From Myxococcota bacterium (GTDB taxonomy: Bacteria; Myxococcota_A; UBA9160; UBA4427), in NCBI GenBank assembly GCA_044379055.1, contig JBIPOQ010000001.1, forward strand, positions 1-29,951: a stretch of 29,951 bases of DNA. The letters run 5' to 3'. Below the pieces are notes generated by a model that saw only the letters and a program-made list of their open reading frames with translations, had not been told where the DNA came from and searched no databases. The translations under genes were made by a program, and so were the position numbers. Shown here one piece after another: positions 23,001-29,892 of this stretch; the first letter of the stretch is position 1, and the number at the start of each line of letters is the position of its first letter.

Positions 23001-25503
23001 GGCGGGCGATCCGGAGAGCTCGCTGCTGCGCCTGCGCCAGAACGCGAGCTTCGACGCGACGCTCGGGGGCGAAGGGGACTTCCTGACCGCGCTCGCGGCG
23101 GGCGCCGATCAGGCCGGCGCCGGGGGCGACGAGTGGAAGACGCTCGAGGTCGTCTCGGTCCAGGGCGAGCTGCGCATCGGCGAGATCGGCCTGCTCGCCG
23201 ACGAGGCGAGCCAGCTGAATCTGCGAACGAACCTCGACGGCAACATCGTCGTCGAGATGCCCGACCAGGCGGACCGCCCGGCCCCCTTCGATGACTTCGC
23301 GGACGGGGTCCGCATCGAGTCGAACGACATCACGTTCCGCTCGACCGATCCGGGGACGTCGATCGACCTCGCGACCGATCAGCTGCTGCTCGTCGGCCGG
23401 GCGCCCCTCTTCTCGGCCTCCGGCGATGCGATCGAGGCCGACCTCGGGCGACTGCGCTCGGACATCCAGGCGGAGGCGGACGAAGACGACGACGACGAGG
23501 ACCCGCTCTTCCGCCCGATCGTGCGCATCCACCAGGCCGCCGCGTTCACGAGCAGCGAGCTCCCGCGCCCGAGCCAGTACGCCATCGTCGATTCCCTCGG
23601 CGAAACGATCCTGCGCTCCGACCTGCGCGGCCTCGACATCGAGCTGCGGACGACCGCGCCCGGGACGACGCTGACCCTCGACGACGACGTCCGCGCACGG
23701 ACGACGGGATCGAACCTGATCCTGCGCTCGGCGGGGGACGTCGCGATCGCGCTCTCCGATCGGACGCCGGGTTACGCCGCCCTGCCGGCCTACGCCGCCC
23801 TGCAGCTCAGCTCCCTCGACATCGAGGCCGACGGCGGCAACGGAACGATCCGCTTCGATCCCTTCACCCTCGATGCAGCCGCCGCCGATCTCTCCCTCGA
23901 GACCTTCGGCGACCAGCGCTTCGCCGGCGACGTCGAGCTCCGCAACGGCCTCGTCACGACCGGGCGCGACCTCACCTTCGAAGGCGACGTGACCCAGTCG
24001 GGCAGCCCCGACGCAGGGCTCGTCGTCGCGACCCGCGGCAAGGTCCGTTTCGGCGGCAGCCTCGGCACTCTCGCCGATCGACTCGACCGCCTCTGGGTCC
24101 TGTTCGACGCCGAGGCCGACGACGACGACTTCGACCCGCGCACGCCGACCGTCGAGTTCGGCGGCCGCACGGACACCGACGGCGACGGCGTCGCCGAGAC
24201 GCCGATCGACTCGGACCAGGGCGTCTTCACCCGCGGCGACATCCTCTTCCTCGCGACCGCCCTGCCGACGCAGACCTTCGTCTCTCGGCTCGAGGCGAGC
24301 CTCGGCACGGTCGACGACCTCGGCGAGCTCGACGTCCTGCTGCGCGACGACAGCCTCGAGATCGGTCGCAACCGCAACGTGACCTCGTCGACCGTCGGCA
24401 AGGCGCTGGGCGATCTCCGCTTCGACAGCTCGGAGGGCCTCTTCACCGCCTCCGGCGGCGAGAAGCTCTCGGTCGGCGGCACCCTCGCGATCGACGCCGC
24501 GAACGGCCTCGCCGCCTTCAGCGACGTCTCCGCCCTGACCCTCGACGTCACGGCGGGCGAGATCGGGCTCCTCCGCCGCGAGTCGGGCATCAACCTCGAT
24601 CTCGGTGGCCAGACCCACCGAGACGGGGGCCCGTCGATCTCCGCCAATACGATCGACTTCGGCGGTCAGACGCCGCGCGTGATCGGCCGCGGCCGCTCCC
24701 CGCGCTTCGGCCTCCCCGATCCGTTCGCGGCCGACGACGCGCTCTCCTTCCTCGACCGGCTCGCCGTCTTCGGCATCCGATCCGGGGGGCGCGCCCTCCG
24801 CGAATCCGACTTCCGCTTCGCCGGCTCGAGCGACGACCTCGCGGAGACGGTGCCCTTCCTGGTCCCGACCGGCGCCTCGCGCTCGGATCTCTCGGGGGCG
24901 AACGGACCGACGCAGGTCCCGACCTCGAAGCTCGAGTCCGCGGAGCCGCAGCGCCTCGCGAATCCCGAGCGGCTGCGGGCCCTCGCCGTCGAGGCTCGAC
25001 CGACGTCGGAAGAGGTCGTGCTCGCGCGACTCGGCGGCGTCGCCGTGATCGACGATCGCGGGCTCGCGAGCGACGGAGCGAGCGCCGTCGTCAGCGAGTC
25101 CCGCCTCGACGCCCGCGACGCGGAGGCGGCGATCGCGCTCTACCAGCGGCTCTTCGGCGCCGAGGGCGAGCGGACCGAGAAGGTGCGCTCCGTGCTCCAG
25201 GACGCGCTCGATCAATACCTCGAGACCCACCGCGCCCAGCGCGTCGTCGGCTTCGAGCTGCGGCGCTTCGTGAAGAACCGTCCGAGCACGCTGATCGAGG
25301 CGTACACGACGCTCGAGGATCTCGACGCGCTCTTCCGCTACCACCGCCGGCTCGGCCTCTCGCCGGGCGAGTTCAAGCGGATCCAGCGGGGCTGGCTCGA
25401 GAAGATCCGGCCCGACGGCATCGAGGTCGAAGAGCTGGCCGAGACCGTGCACCCCTCGCGTTATGTCCGGGGCAGCGACATCCTCGACATCTTCGGTCAG
25501 TGA
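17059..25503 (+). CDS. TpsA exoprotein, filamentous haemagglutinin N-terminal (TPS) domain, HMW1-like
   Basis: 2814 aa from ATG 17059, overlapping the tpsB end by 26 nt; signal peptide ending SAAA; TPS domain (IGWQ...SSVLN...LSGQVVSNGTVAFANPYGV); GGTIQIGG, GDGGRVVVFS, GGDGGFVETSG, GSWLIDPYDITI motifs; long Gly/Asp-rich beta-helix-like body. Confidence 0.92.
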   Translation: MSSSASSTENRPTEPRSRHSRGERVVARLLVAALVSTHPLSAAAGDEFTDANSATFDPGQVSLDNSQAGRTTFTIGVDRTTIGWQELHQPGNNRLEFDFTNGGGRGSSVLNYSNSVNAIRLSGQVVSNGTVAFANPYGVYIDGSAVIDVGNLVAIGANVSREAFLAGTPLDLALEGRVENHGLILADGNVSLLATSVLNAGDIRALGGNVLLVGGERVELGGFDQLASGWDGRKDLAADLAGGDVTNAGRIASADAVMLGGRTVNLGEIEIEDGSLLMVGADAVYLSRFDNPVLIRLPRGAVGAATGGDAGDPARYAVENHGRIDAGRGHVRLAAADPLGFGIRQGTGSAAAPAGIAAGRIELEGGENGRVQLSGVLDAGDDGKRGRGGEIDVTGDLIVLADATVDASGTRGGGTIQIGGEQQGQGELQRARAVLVDEKSEIRADALRNGDGGRVVVFSEDLTSIEGAISARGGPRGGDGGFVETSGLRHFEIADLPDVGARRGVAGSWLIDPYDITITNDAVDCDDPTVACLDPAIDAILDPEFDNAGFDGILRTLDSDPNDGIAPTNYVSADLIERALGIGTNVTLSTQSFDDAEGNAPGNITIEDAISIDSSSILEGRIARLTLLAAGHIFVNANIEVVPTNLGTRSERSNLALTVELVANDPSQIEAGSDFDLDRLDGNVELNADIRTGGGRFIATGISVLQQAGRQIVTRGGDVTIRSGTIARDRLPITEEREKDDPALVDGAIDTRLELLGDIDTRTADGRRDGGDVALVASSVNVGVRQSGDDPLSIVTGLLSIVGDVLTGGGDINLAGGVATTEDDQRFAGNVEVEGTLDTRRGDIEGNLDQNGGNVTIRANRVNEAGDNGDFDVTHVEAATDPTRGEGGEISIDGTIRTAGGVVALGNDTARSILIDGTVDTTQTNTRENGLVQIIARDQTGIDDGDGDSDETFGAGEIQIGSRSATSISTAGLTLRTRDLTTSDGSGANAVDIELEGRTTSRFFAVVSEIEEQTGDEPEVDEPQIGLLDLEALRSAAFGENTSLTAETIRMTVAADPLAITDLERANGQDRLVFGGANGAGASASDGVRLNADEIVLAIGDGPTATDDLFSDDLGSLASPTDLGVQRQTRGDFRGLQLRDQSGALRPAEIRLRQDGDLTITQGAAAAAGQLDLAGAFGSAQIGDDGMRLGLESSDGVLTVEDAAGFNDNAGPLGPGDEGKSFVRLLGGLLLPDSPGGTNPDPETVPTPNSVVFRDGTAVLGDDGTTAFSVESLEISTPGDFSITQQIAAGIDAVAELIFEAGRETGNEDAAGRGTLTIAAATALTASERLVLGAGDSGYGDLVFAGAGTTLSADEIELRAGSEGDSRNTDAADRSRIVGLQAQDVTLRDAAGGIFGAAGSSALAFRYRQAAGIDAAVDLPALSQFGFGVGESFRAAGDVEYAVRSDEGQIDLDDGILGTNEADRFRNASLSLIGLQSGSAAAILVSADTAFVGKRVELGGVGGFSFDAALARVFNRSGTDADERLTLRAGVGGSGDLLFAGGVLVKAPTIRLAVGDGTDGDAGSNIDTKNATFDLSGPLGADRTFAYQIDDRFDVSDLPDATQFVGGAAGLPSVLAIRNDAGQIEIEDFDAAELPLALASGPSRLVLEAEQITLSQTDGDDLELTTNPNLFLRLRANVLSLLAFVSNDRDTESGRVRMGPRAGDSQITAGTDADFDDESLLVEAFDFDDDLQNEYPSDFESDFAFEFVTTGNLSGMSESPAGSGLYDLAAGRGPTNISVRQDGSVQVADLADRRSFSGLLARTRLDANEDDDLDGEDDPIASIYSIQSELGSVTVEPEKVNGSNLILSGNVEVDADAAIDFAPGSGPNPGLYLLDGLLAQTEDSIVVRAGTQLVAQDAIGLIAGQVGLPDDEMTEPFGSIRFEGNHGDGQVTRLEANQITLAAGPDRTLTNPDEDNDGQRDDIDDALLPKLDLSGLDELALAGDPESSLLRLRQNASFDATLGGEGDFLTALAAGADQAGAGGDEWKTLEVVSVQGELRIGEIGLLADEASQLNLRTNLDGNIVVEMPDQADRPAPFDDFADGVRIESNDITFRSTDPGTSIDLATDQLLLVGRAPLFSASGDAIEADLGRLRSDIQAEADEDDDDEDPLFRPIVRIHQAAAFTSSELPRPSQYAIVDSLGETILRSDLRGLDIELRTTAPGTTLTLDDDVRARTTGSNLILRSAGDVAIALSDRTPGYAALPAYAALQLSSLDIEADGGNGTIRFDPFTLDAAAADLSLETFGDQRFAGDVELRNGLVTTGRDLTFEGDVTQSGSPDAGLVVATRGKVRFGGSLGTLADRLDRLWVLFDAEADDDDFDPRTPTVEFGGRTDTDGDGVAETPIDSDQGVFTRGDILFLATALPTQTFVSRLEASLGTVDDLGELDVLLRDDSLEIGRNRNVTSSTVGKALGDLRFDSSEGLFTASGGEKLSVGGTLAIDAANGLAAFSDVSALTLDVTAGEIGLLRRESGINLDLGGQTHRDGGPSISANTIDFGGQTPRVIGRGRSPRFGLPDPFAADDALSFLDRLAVFGIRSGGRALRESDFRFAGSSDDLAETVPFLVPTGASRSDLSGANGPTQVPTSKLESAEPQRLANPERLRALAVEARPTSEEVVLARLGGVAVIDDRGLASDGASAVVSESRLDARDAEAAIALYQRLFGAEGERTEKVRSVLQDALDQYLETHRAQRVVGFELRRFVKNRPSTLIEAYTTLEDLDALFRYHRRLGLSPGEFKRIQRGWLEKIRPDGIEVEELAETVHPSRYVRGSDILDIFGQ

Positions 25504-25510
25504 GACCGGG

Positions 25511-25530
25511 CCGGCGGGACGAGCCGCCGG
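25511..25530. terminator. Weak GC hairpin between convergent tpsA and PEP-CTERM genes
   Basis: CCGGCGG / CCGCCGG 7-bp stem with a 6-nt loop; no U-tract on either strand. Confidence 0.3.
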
Positions 25531-25531
25531 A

Positions 25532-26884
25532 TCAGCGCACGGACCGCCGGCCGGGCCGCCGACGCCGGGAGAAGATCGCCGCGGCGGCGAGCAGCGGGGC
25601 GAAACCACCGAGCGCGGCCGGGCTCGGCTCGGGGACGCGGATCGTCGTCGTGCAGCGACCGGTGTTGCCGTCGTCGTCCGTGACCGTGAGGTGGACCGGA
25701 TAGACGTTCGGCGCGCGGAAGAGCTTGCCCGGGTTCTGCGTCAGCGCGCCCGTGCCGTCGGAAAAGCTCCAGGCGTATTCCATGATCTGACCGTCCGGGT
25801 CGGAGCCGGTCGCCCGGAACGCGACCGAGAGCGGGCTCTGGCCCGTGCTCGGCGTCGCCGTGATCTGGCAGGTCGGGGCGCTCCCGCCGGCGTTGTGGCG
25901 CAGGTACCAGACGGCTGCGGTCGGATCGGACTTGAAGAACGTGTGCAGCAGGGTCCCGATCTTCCTGACGCCGTTGTTCGAGGGATGCACGTAGTCGACG
26001 TTCACGAGGTCGTTGCACTGCCACTGGAAGCCGTCGGAACGCATCGTCGTTCCGTCGGCCCAGAGATACGGCCCCCAGAGCGCGACCGGCGCGACGACCG
26101 GTCCGGACGCCGCATCGAAGTTGAGCGATGCGTCGCCGGACATCTGCTTCTCGATCAGCCAGCGCACCGAGAAGCCCGTCTCGTAGGCCCAGGGCTCGGG
26201 GGAGAGATCGGCGGGATTGACGGTATACGCGCGGGTCCGCGACGAGAGGTAGACGAGCTGGATGTTCGGGAAGCGGGTGCGCAGGCTGCGCACGACGCCT
26301 TCGAGGCGCGACTGCAGCAGGCGGGCGTGCGCCGGGAAAGCGCCGTTCTGGGCCGGGATCGGGTCCGTCAACTTGATCCAGGCGACCTGGACCTGCGCCG
26401 GCGTGCCGCCCGCCGCCTGGATCCGCTGGTCGAGCACGCTCCAGGTCGGGAGCGTCGGGCTCATCCAGAACTCGGCCGTCCGCGTGTCCTGGGCGCCATT
26501 GACGACGAGCACCTGCGGATTGCGCCCGGCGTCGACGGTCGAGCGACCGAGGAAGCCACCGAAGGCGGACCGGGTATTCGACATGCCGATCGAGACCAGG
26601 ACGATGCGACCATTCGCGGCGGGCTGGCCGTTGGGAGCGAGGGGTCGGATCCGGCGCGACGCCTGGAGAGCAAAGGCGAGATGGCGGTCGGGGATCCGGC
26701 TATTTCCGCCGGGATAGAGCCCCCCCTGCTGGCCCCGATAGCTCACGCGCGCCGAATCGGACAAAGGGGCGATGCCGAGCGAGGTCAACGAGCAGTCCGC
26801 GGCGGCCCTGCCCCCGATCCCGGAAACGAAGAGCACGCCGACGAGGAGGATCTGAAACTTCCGGAACAGTGTTTTGGACAGCAT
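25532..26884 (-). CDS. Secreted SGNH-like hydrolase + PKD domain + PEP-CTERM protein
   Basis: ATG 26884; signal peptide ending AAA; IGMSN and DYVHP motifs; PKD (SPLSVAFRATGSDPDGQIMEYAWSFSDG...YPVHLTVTDDDG); C-terminal VPEP, hydrophobic stretch, RRRR; 450 aa. PKD and PEP-CTERM calls are firm, the SGNH call is inferred. Confidence 0.82.
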   Translation of the reverse strand: MLSKTLFRKFQILLVGVLFVSGIGGRAAADCSLTSLGIAPLSDSARVSYRGQQGGLYPGGNSRIPDRHLAFALQASRRIRPLAPNGQPAANGRIVLVSIGMSNTRSAFGGFLGRSTVDAGRNPQVLVVNGAQDTRTAEFWMSPTLPTWSVLDQRIQAAGGTPAQVQVAWIKLTDPIPAQNGAFPAHARLLQSRLEGVVRSLRTRFPNIQLVYLSSRTRAYTVNPADLSPEPWAYETGFSVRWLIEKQMSGDASLNFDAASGPVVAPVALWGPYLWADGTTMRSDGFQWQCNDLVNVDYVHPSNNGVRKIGTLLHTFFKSDPTAAVWYLRHNAGGSAPTCQITATPSTGQSPLSVAFRATGSDPDGQIMEYAWSFSDGTGALTQNPGKLFRAPNVYPVHLTVTDDDGNTGRCTTTIRVPEPSPAALGGFAPLLAAAAIFSRRRRPGRRSVR

Positions 26885-26935
26885 CTGGGAAGATTCGTCC
26901 AAACCTGTCGAAGAGCAAGTGTCGGCCGTTACAAA

Positions 26936-28402
26936 TCAGGGCGAAACCACCTCGATTGGACCAAGTCCCTCGAGCTGGGGCCTCAATTTCTCCGCCGGCC
27001 CGAGGATCACGATGGCGGCCCGCTCCGGGTGCAGCCGCGACTTCGCCGCGGCCTGGACAGACTCGAGCGAGGCGGCCCCGACCCGGGCCCGGAACGTGTC
27101 CAGGGAATCGTCGGGCAGGCCGTGGACCTCGAGATCGACGAGGGACGCGAGCATGGCCCGGGAGGTCTCGAGGGAGAGCCCGAAGCTGCCCACACTGAAG
27201 CTGACGAACTTGGCGAGCTCCTCGGCATCGACGGGCCGCGCCCCGCGGATCGCCTCCATCTCGGCCAGGACGAGATCGACGACCCGGCGCACGGTCTCGA
27301 CCTTGGTGAAGGTCGAGACCTGGAAGGGGCCGGGCTGCCGCCGGAGCGAGAAGCCCGAGCTGACGCTGTAGGTCAGGCCTTCCTGGCCGCGAATGACCTT
27401 CATCAGGCGAGAGGAGAATCCGCTCCCGCCGAGGGCGTCGTTCATCAGGTCGATCGCGACGCGGTCGGGCTCGCTGCGGGCGATGCCTTCGTGGCCGATC
27501 AGGATGTGGGCCTGGACCAGCTCCGGCTTGTCGACGACGACGATGCGCCGGGCTTCGGGCGTGCGGGCCGGGGGCACCGGCGTCTCGGGCCCGGGCGCGC
27601 GGTCCGGCAGCGCGCCGTAGATCGCCTCGACCTCCCGGGCGAACTCGGCCGCGTCGACGTCGCCCACGGCCCAGAAGATCGCGTTGCGCGGAACGAAGCG
27701 TTCCGTCCAGTAGGCCCGCGCGTCCTCGGACTGCAGCGCGGCCAGGGTCTCCGGTGAGCCCTCTTCGGGCAGCCCGTAGCGATGCCCGTCGTAGAGGGTG
27801 CGCAGGAAATGCCAGCGGATCAGCGTCGAAGGCTCGTCGACCGCCGCCGCCAGTCCGGCGAGGTGCTCGCCGCGGGCCTTCTCGAACTCCTCCGCGTCGA
27901 AGCGCGGCCGGAGCGTCACGTCGGCCAGGATCTCCTCGAAGAGCGCCCGATCCTTCGACAGCCCCGAGAGCGACACCGTGGTCGCGTCCCAGCTCGCCCC
28001 GATCGAGAGCGAGGCCCCCGCATCCTCGATGACCTTCGCGAGCGCGAGCCCGTCGCGATCGCCCGCGCCGCGCTGCATCACCTCGGCCGCGAGCTCCGCC
28101 AGGCCGGCCTGCTTCGGATCGACGCTCCCCGCGCCGCGCCGCAGCGTCAGCCCGAGCGACACGCGCGGGAGCCGCGGGTCCTCGAGCACGAGGATCTCGA
28201 TGCCGTTCGGCAGGGAAGCCCGATGGAGGTCTTCGGCGGCCACGATCGGCCCCACCGCCGGCGCCGGCGGCGGCTCCTCCCAGGCCGGACGGGGCTCGAA
28301 ATGCCCGCAGCCCGCGACGGAGGCGAGAGAGAGGGCGACCCCGAGCGCAGCGAACCGGGCTCCGACACGCCGCCCCAGACGAGCGTCCCGACCGCGGCTC
28401 AT
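26936..28402 (-). CDS. M16B (pitrilysin/insulinase family) peptidase, non-catalytic beta-type subunit, lipoprotein
   Basis: 488 aa from MSRGRDA; lipobox VAG-C; LPNGIEILV, GLAELAAEVMQRG (no HXXEH), LGGSGFSSRL, IRGQEGLTYSV (Arg/Tyr pair); ATGA overlap with the upstream alpha gene. Confidence 0.9.
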   Translation of the reverse strand: MSRGRDARLGRRVGARFAALGVALSLASVAGCGHFEPRPAWEEPPPAPAVGPIVAAEDLHRASLPNGIEILVLEDPRLPRVSLGLTLRRGAGSVDPKQAGLAELAAEVMQRGAGDRDGLALAKVIEDAGASLSIGASWDATTVSLSGLSKDRALFEEILADVTLRPRFDAEEFEKARGEHLAGLAAAVDEPSTLIRWHFLRTLYDGHRYGLPEEGSPETLAALQSEDARAYWTERFVPRNAIFWAVGDVDAAEFAREVEAIYGALPDRAPGPETPVPPARTPEARRIVVVDKPELVQAHILIGHEGIARSEPDRVAIDLMNDALGGSGFSSRLMKVIRGQEGLTYSVSSGFSLRRQPGPFQVSTFTKVETVRRVVDLVLAEMEAIRGARPVDAEELAKFVSFSVGSFGLSLETSRAMLASLVDLEVHGLPDDSLDTFRARVGAASLESVQAAAKSRLHPERAAIVILGPAEKLRPQLEGLGPIEVVSP

Positions 28403-29892
28403 CGCACACCCCCCTTCGTCGCGTCTGCGGCGCCCGCGCCCTCGGCGGGCGCTTTCGCCTCGGCCACGACCGGCGGTGCGACGACGTGGACGACGGTGCG
28501 GGATTCGGGCCGGAGATAGGTCCGGACGACGCGCTGCACGTCGGCCGCGGTCACTGCCCGGATCGCGCGGATCCGCTCGTCGAGAGGTCGCACGCGATCG
28601 TAGGCGAGCATCTCGCGACCGATCCGCGCGGCGAGGGCGTGGTTCGTCCCGAGCCCGTCGACGAGGCTGACCTCCATCTGCTGCCGCGCGCGCGCGACCT
28701 CTTCGTCGCTCACGCCCTGCGTCGCGACGGCGTCGATCTCGGCCATGAAGAGCGCCTCGACCTCGTCGAGGGAGGCGCCCGGCCGGGCCGCCGCCTGGGC
28801 GTAGAAGAGCCCCGCGCGATTGAGCTCCATGTACCCGCCGACGGCGTAGAGCGCCTTCTCCTTCTCGTACACCAGCGAGCGGTAGAGGCGGCTCGTCCGC
28901 CCCTCCGACAGGATCATGCTCGCGACGTCGAGGGCCTCGCCGTCGGGGTGGCCCGTCGCCGGGGCGTGCCAGCCCGCCATCAGGATCGGCGTGTTCAGGT
29001 CGAAGAAGACGTCGGCGCGCCGCTCGCCGCGCTGGTCCTCGACGGCGGTCGTGTTGCGCGGGATCGCCGGCGCCGGCTCGAGCTTCCCGAAGGTGCGCCG
29101 GATGCGCGCGAGGGTCTCCTCGCTGTCGAAGTCGCCGACGATCACGATCGAGAGATTGTTGGACGCGTAGTAGGTGTCGAAGAACTTGCGGCATTCCTCG
29201 ACGTCGACGTGCTCGATGTTGCTGCGCCAGCCGATCGTCGGCCAGCGATAGGGATGCGCCTGCCAGGCGAGGGCGGCGAGCATCTCGAAGGCGAGGCCGT
29301 CGGGGCTGTCCTCGGTCCGCAGCCGGCGCTCTTCGATCACGACCTGCCGCTCGGCCTCGAGGATCTCCGGCGACACGACGAGATTCGCGAAGCGCTCGGC
29401 CTCGAGATCGATCACGAGGGGCAGCGATTCGCGGGTCACGTCTTCGTGGTAGACGGTGACGTCGCGGCTCGTGTAGGCGTTGATCATGCCGCCGCGCTCG
29501 GTGATCAGCTGGGCGTGGACCTCTTCGCCGACGTTCTTCGAGCCCTTGAACATCATGTGCTCGAACAGATGAGCGATGCCGGTATAGAAGGACTCGTCCG
29601 CGGAACCGGCGTTCACCCAGACCTGGAAGGCGACGACCGGCGTATGGTGGTCTTCGAGCAGGTGGACCTCGAGGCCGTTCTCGAGGGTCGTCGTGGTCAT
29701 CGCGGCGACGGGGTCCGCGAGCATCGGCGCGGTCTCGGAGGTCTGAGTGCTCTGGGCGGGCTGAGCGGAGAGCGGCGGTGCCGCGAGCGAGACGGCGAGC
29801 GCGAGCGTCGGCGCGAGGGCGGCGATCGCGGCCCGCTTCGTCGACGCGGAGAACGAGGGCGTGGCCGACGTGAGGCGACGGGTGTCTTGCAT
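28399..29892 (-). CDS. M16B zinc peptidase, catalytic alpha-type subunit, secreted
   Basis: 497 aa; signal peptide ending LSA; LENGLEV, GIAHLFEHMMFKGS (HXXEH), INAYTS, ERQVVIEER, HPYRWPTIGW motifs. Confidence 0.93.
   Translation of the reverse strand: MQDTRRLTSATPSFSASTKRAAIAALAPTLALAVSLAAPPLSAQPAQSTQTSETAPMLADPVAAMTTTTLENGLEVHLLEDHHTPVVAFQVWVNAGSADESFYTGIAHLFEHMMFKGSKNVGEEVHAQLITERGGMINAYTSRDVTVYHEDVTRESLPLVIDLEAERFANLVVSPEILEAERQVVIEERRLRTEDSPDGLAFEMLAALAWQAHPYRWPTIGWRSNIEHVDVEECRKFFDTYYASNNLSIVIVGDFDSEETLARIRRTFGKLEPAPAIPRNTTAVEDQRGERRADVFFDLNTPILMAGWHAPATGHPDGEALDVASMILSEGRTSRLYRSLVYEKEKALYAVGGYMELNRAGLFYAQAAARPGASLDEVEALFMAEIDAVATQGVSDEEVARARQQMEVSLVDGLGTNHALAARIGREMLAYDRVRPLDERIRAIRAVTAADVQRVVRTYLRPESRTVVHVVAPPVVAEAKAPAEGAGAADATKGGVR

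Noticed and set aside
14997-25503. Contact-dependent inhibition (cdiBAI) locus
   Set aside because: No VENN or similar pretoxin motif, no recognisable toxin domain, and no room for an immunity gene after tpsA.
17068-25608. 2846-aa antisense ORF spanning tpsA (likewise 4510-8532, 9960-12578, 12302-13615, 14817-16868 and others)
   Set aside because: Antisense shadow: in-register reverse stops need TTA/CTA/TCA sense codons, which are nearly absent in high-GC genes. The translations have no recognisable motifs, while the opposite strand encodes clear families.
29870-29892. Twin-arginine (Tat) signal in M16 alpha (TRRL)
   Set aside because: Does not fit the S/T-R-R-x-F-L-K consensus; a Sec signal peptide explains the N-terminus.
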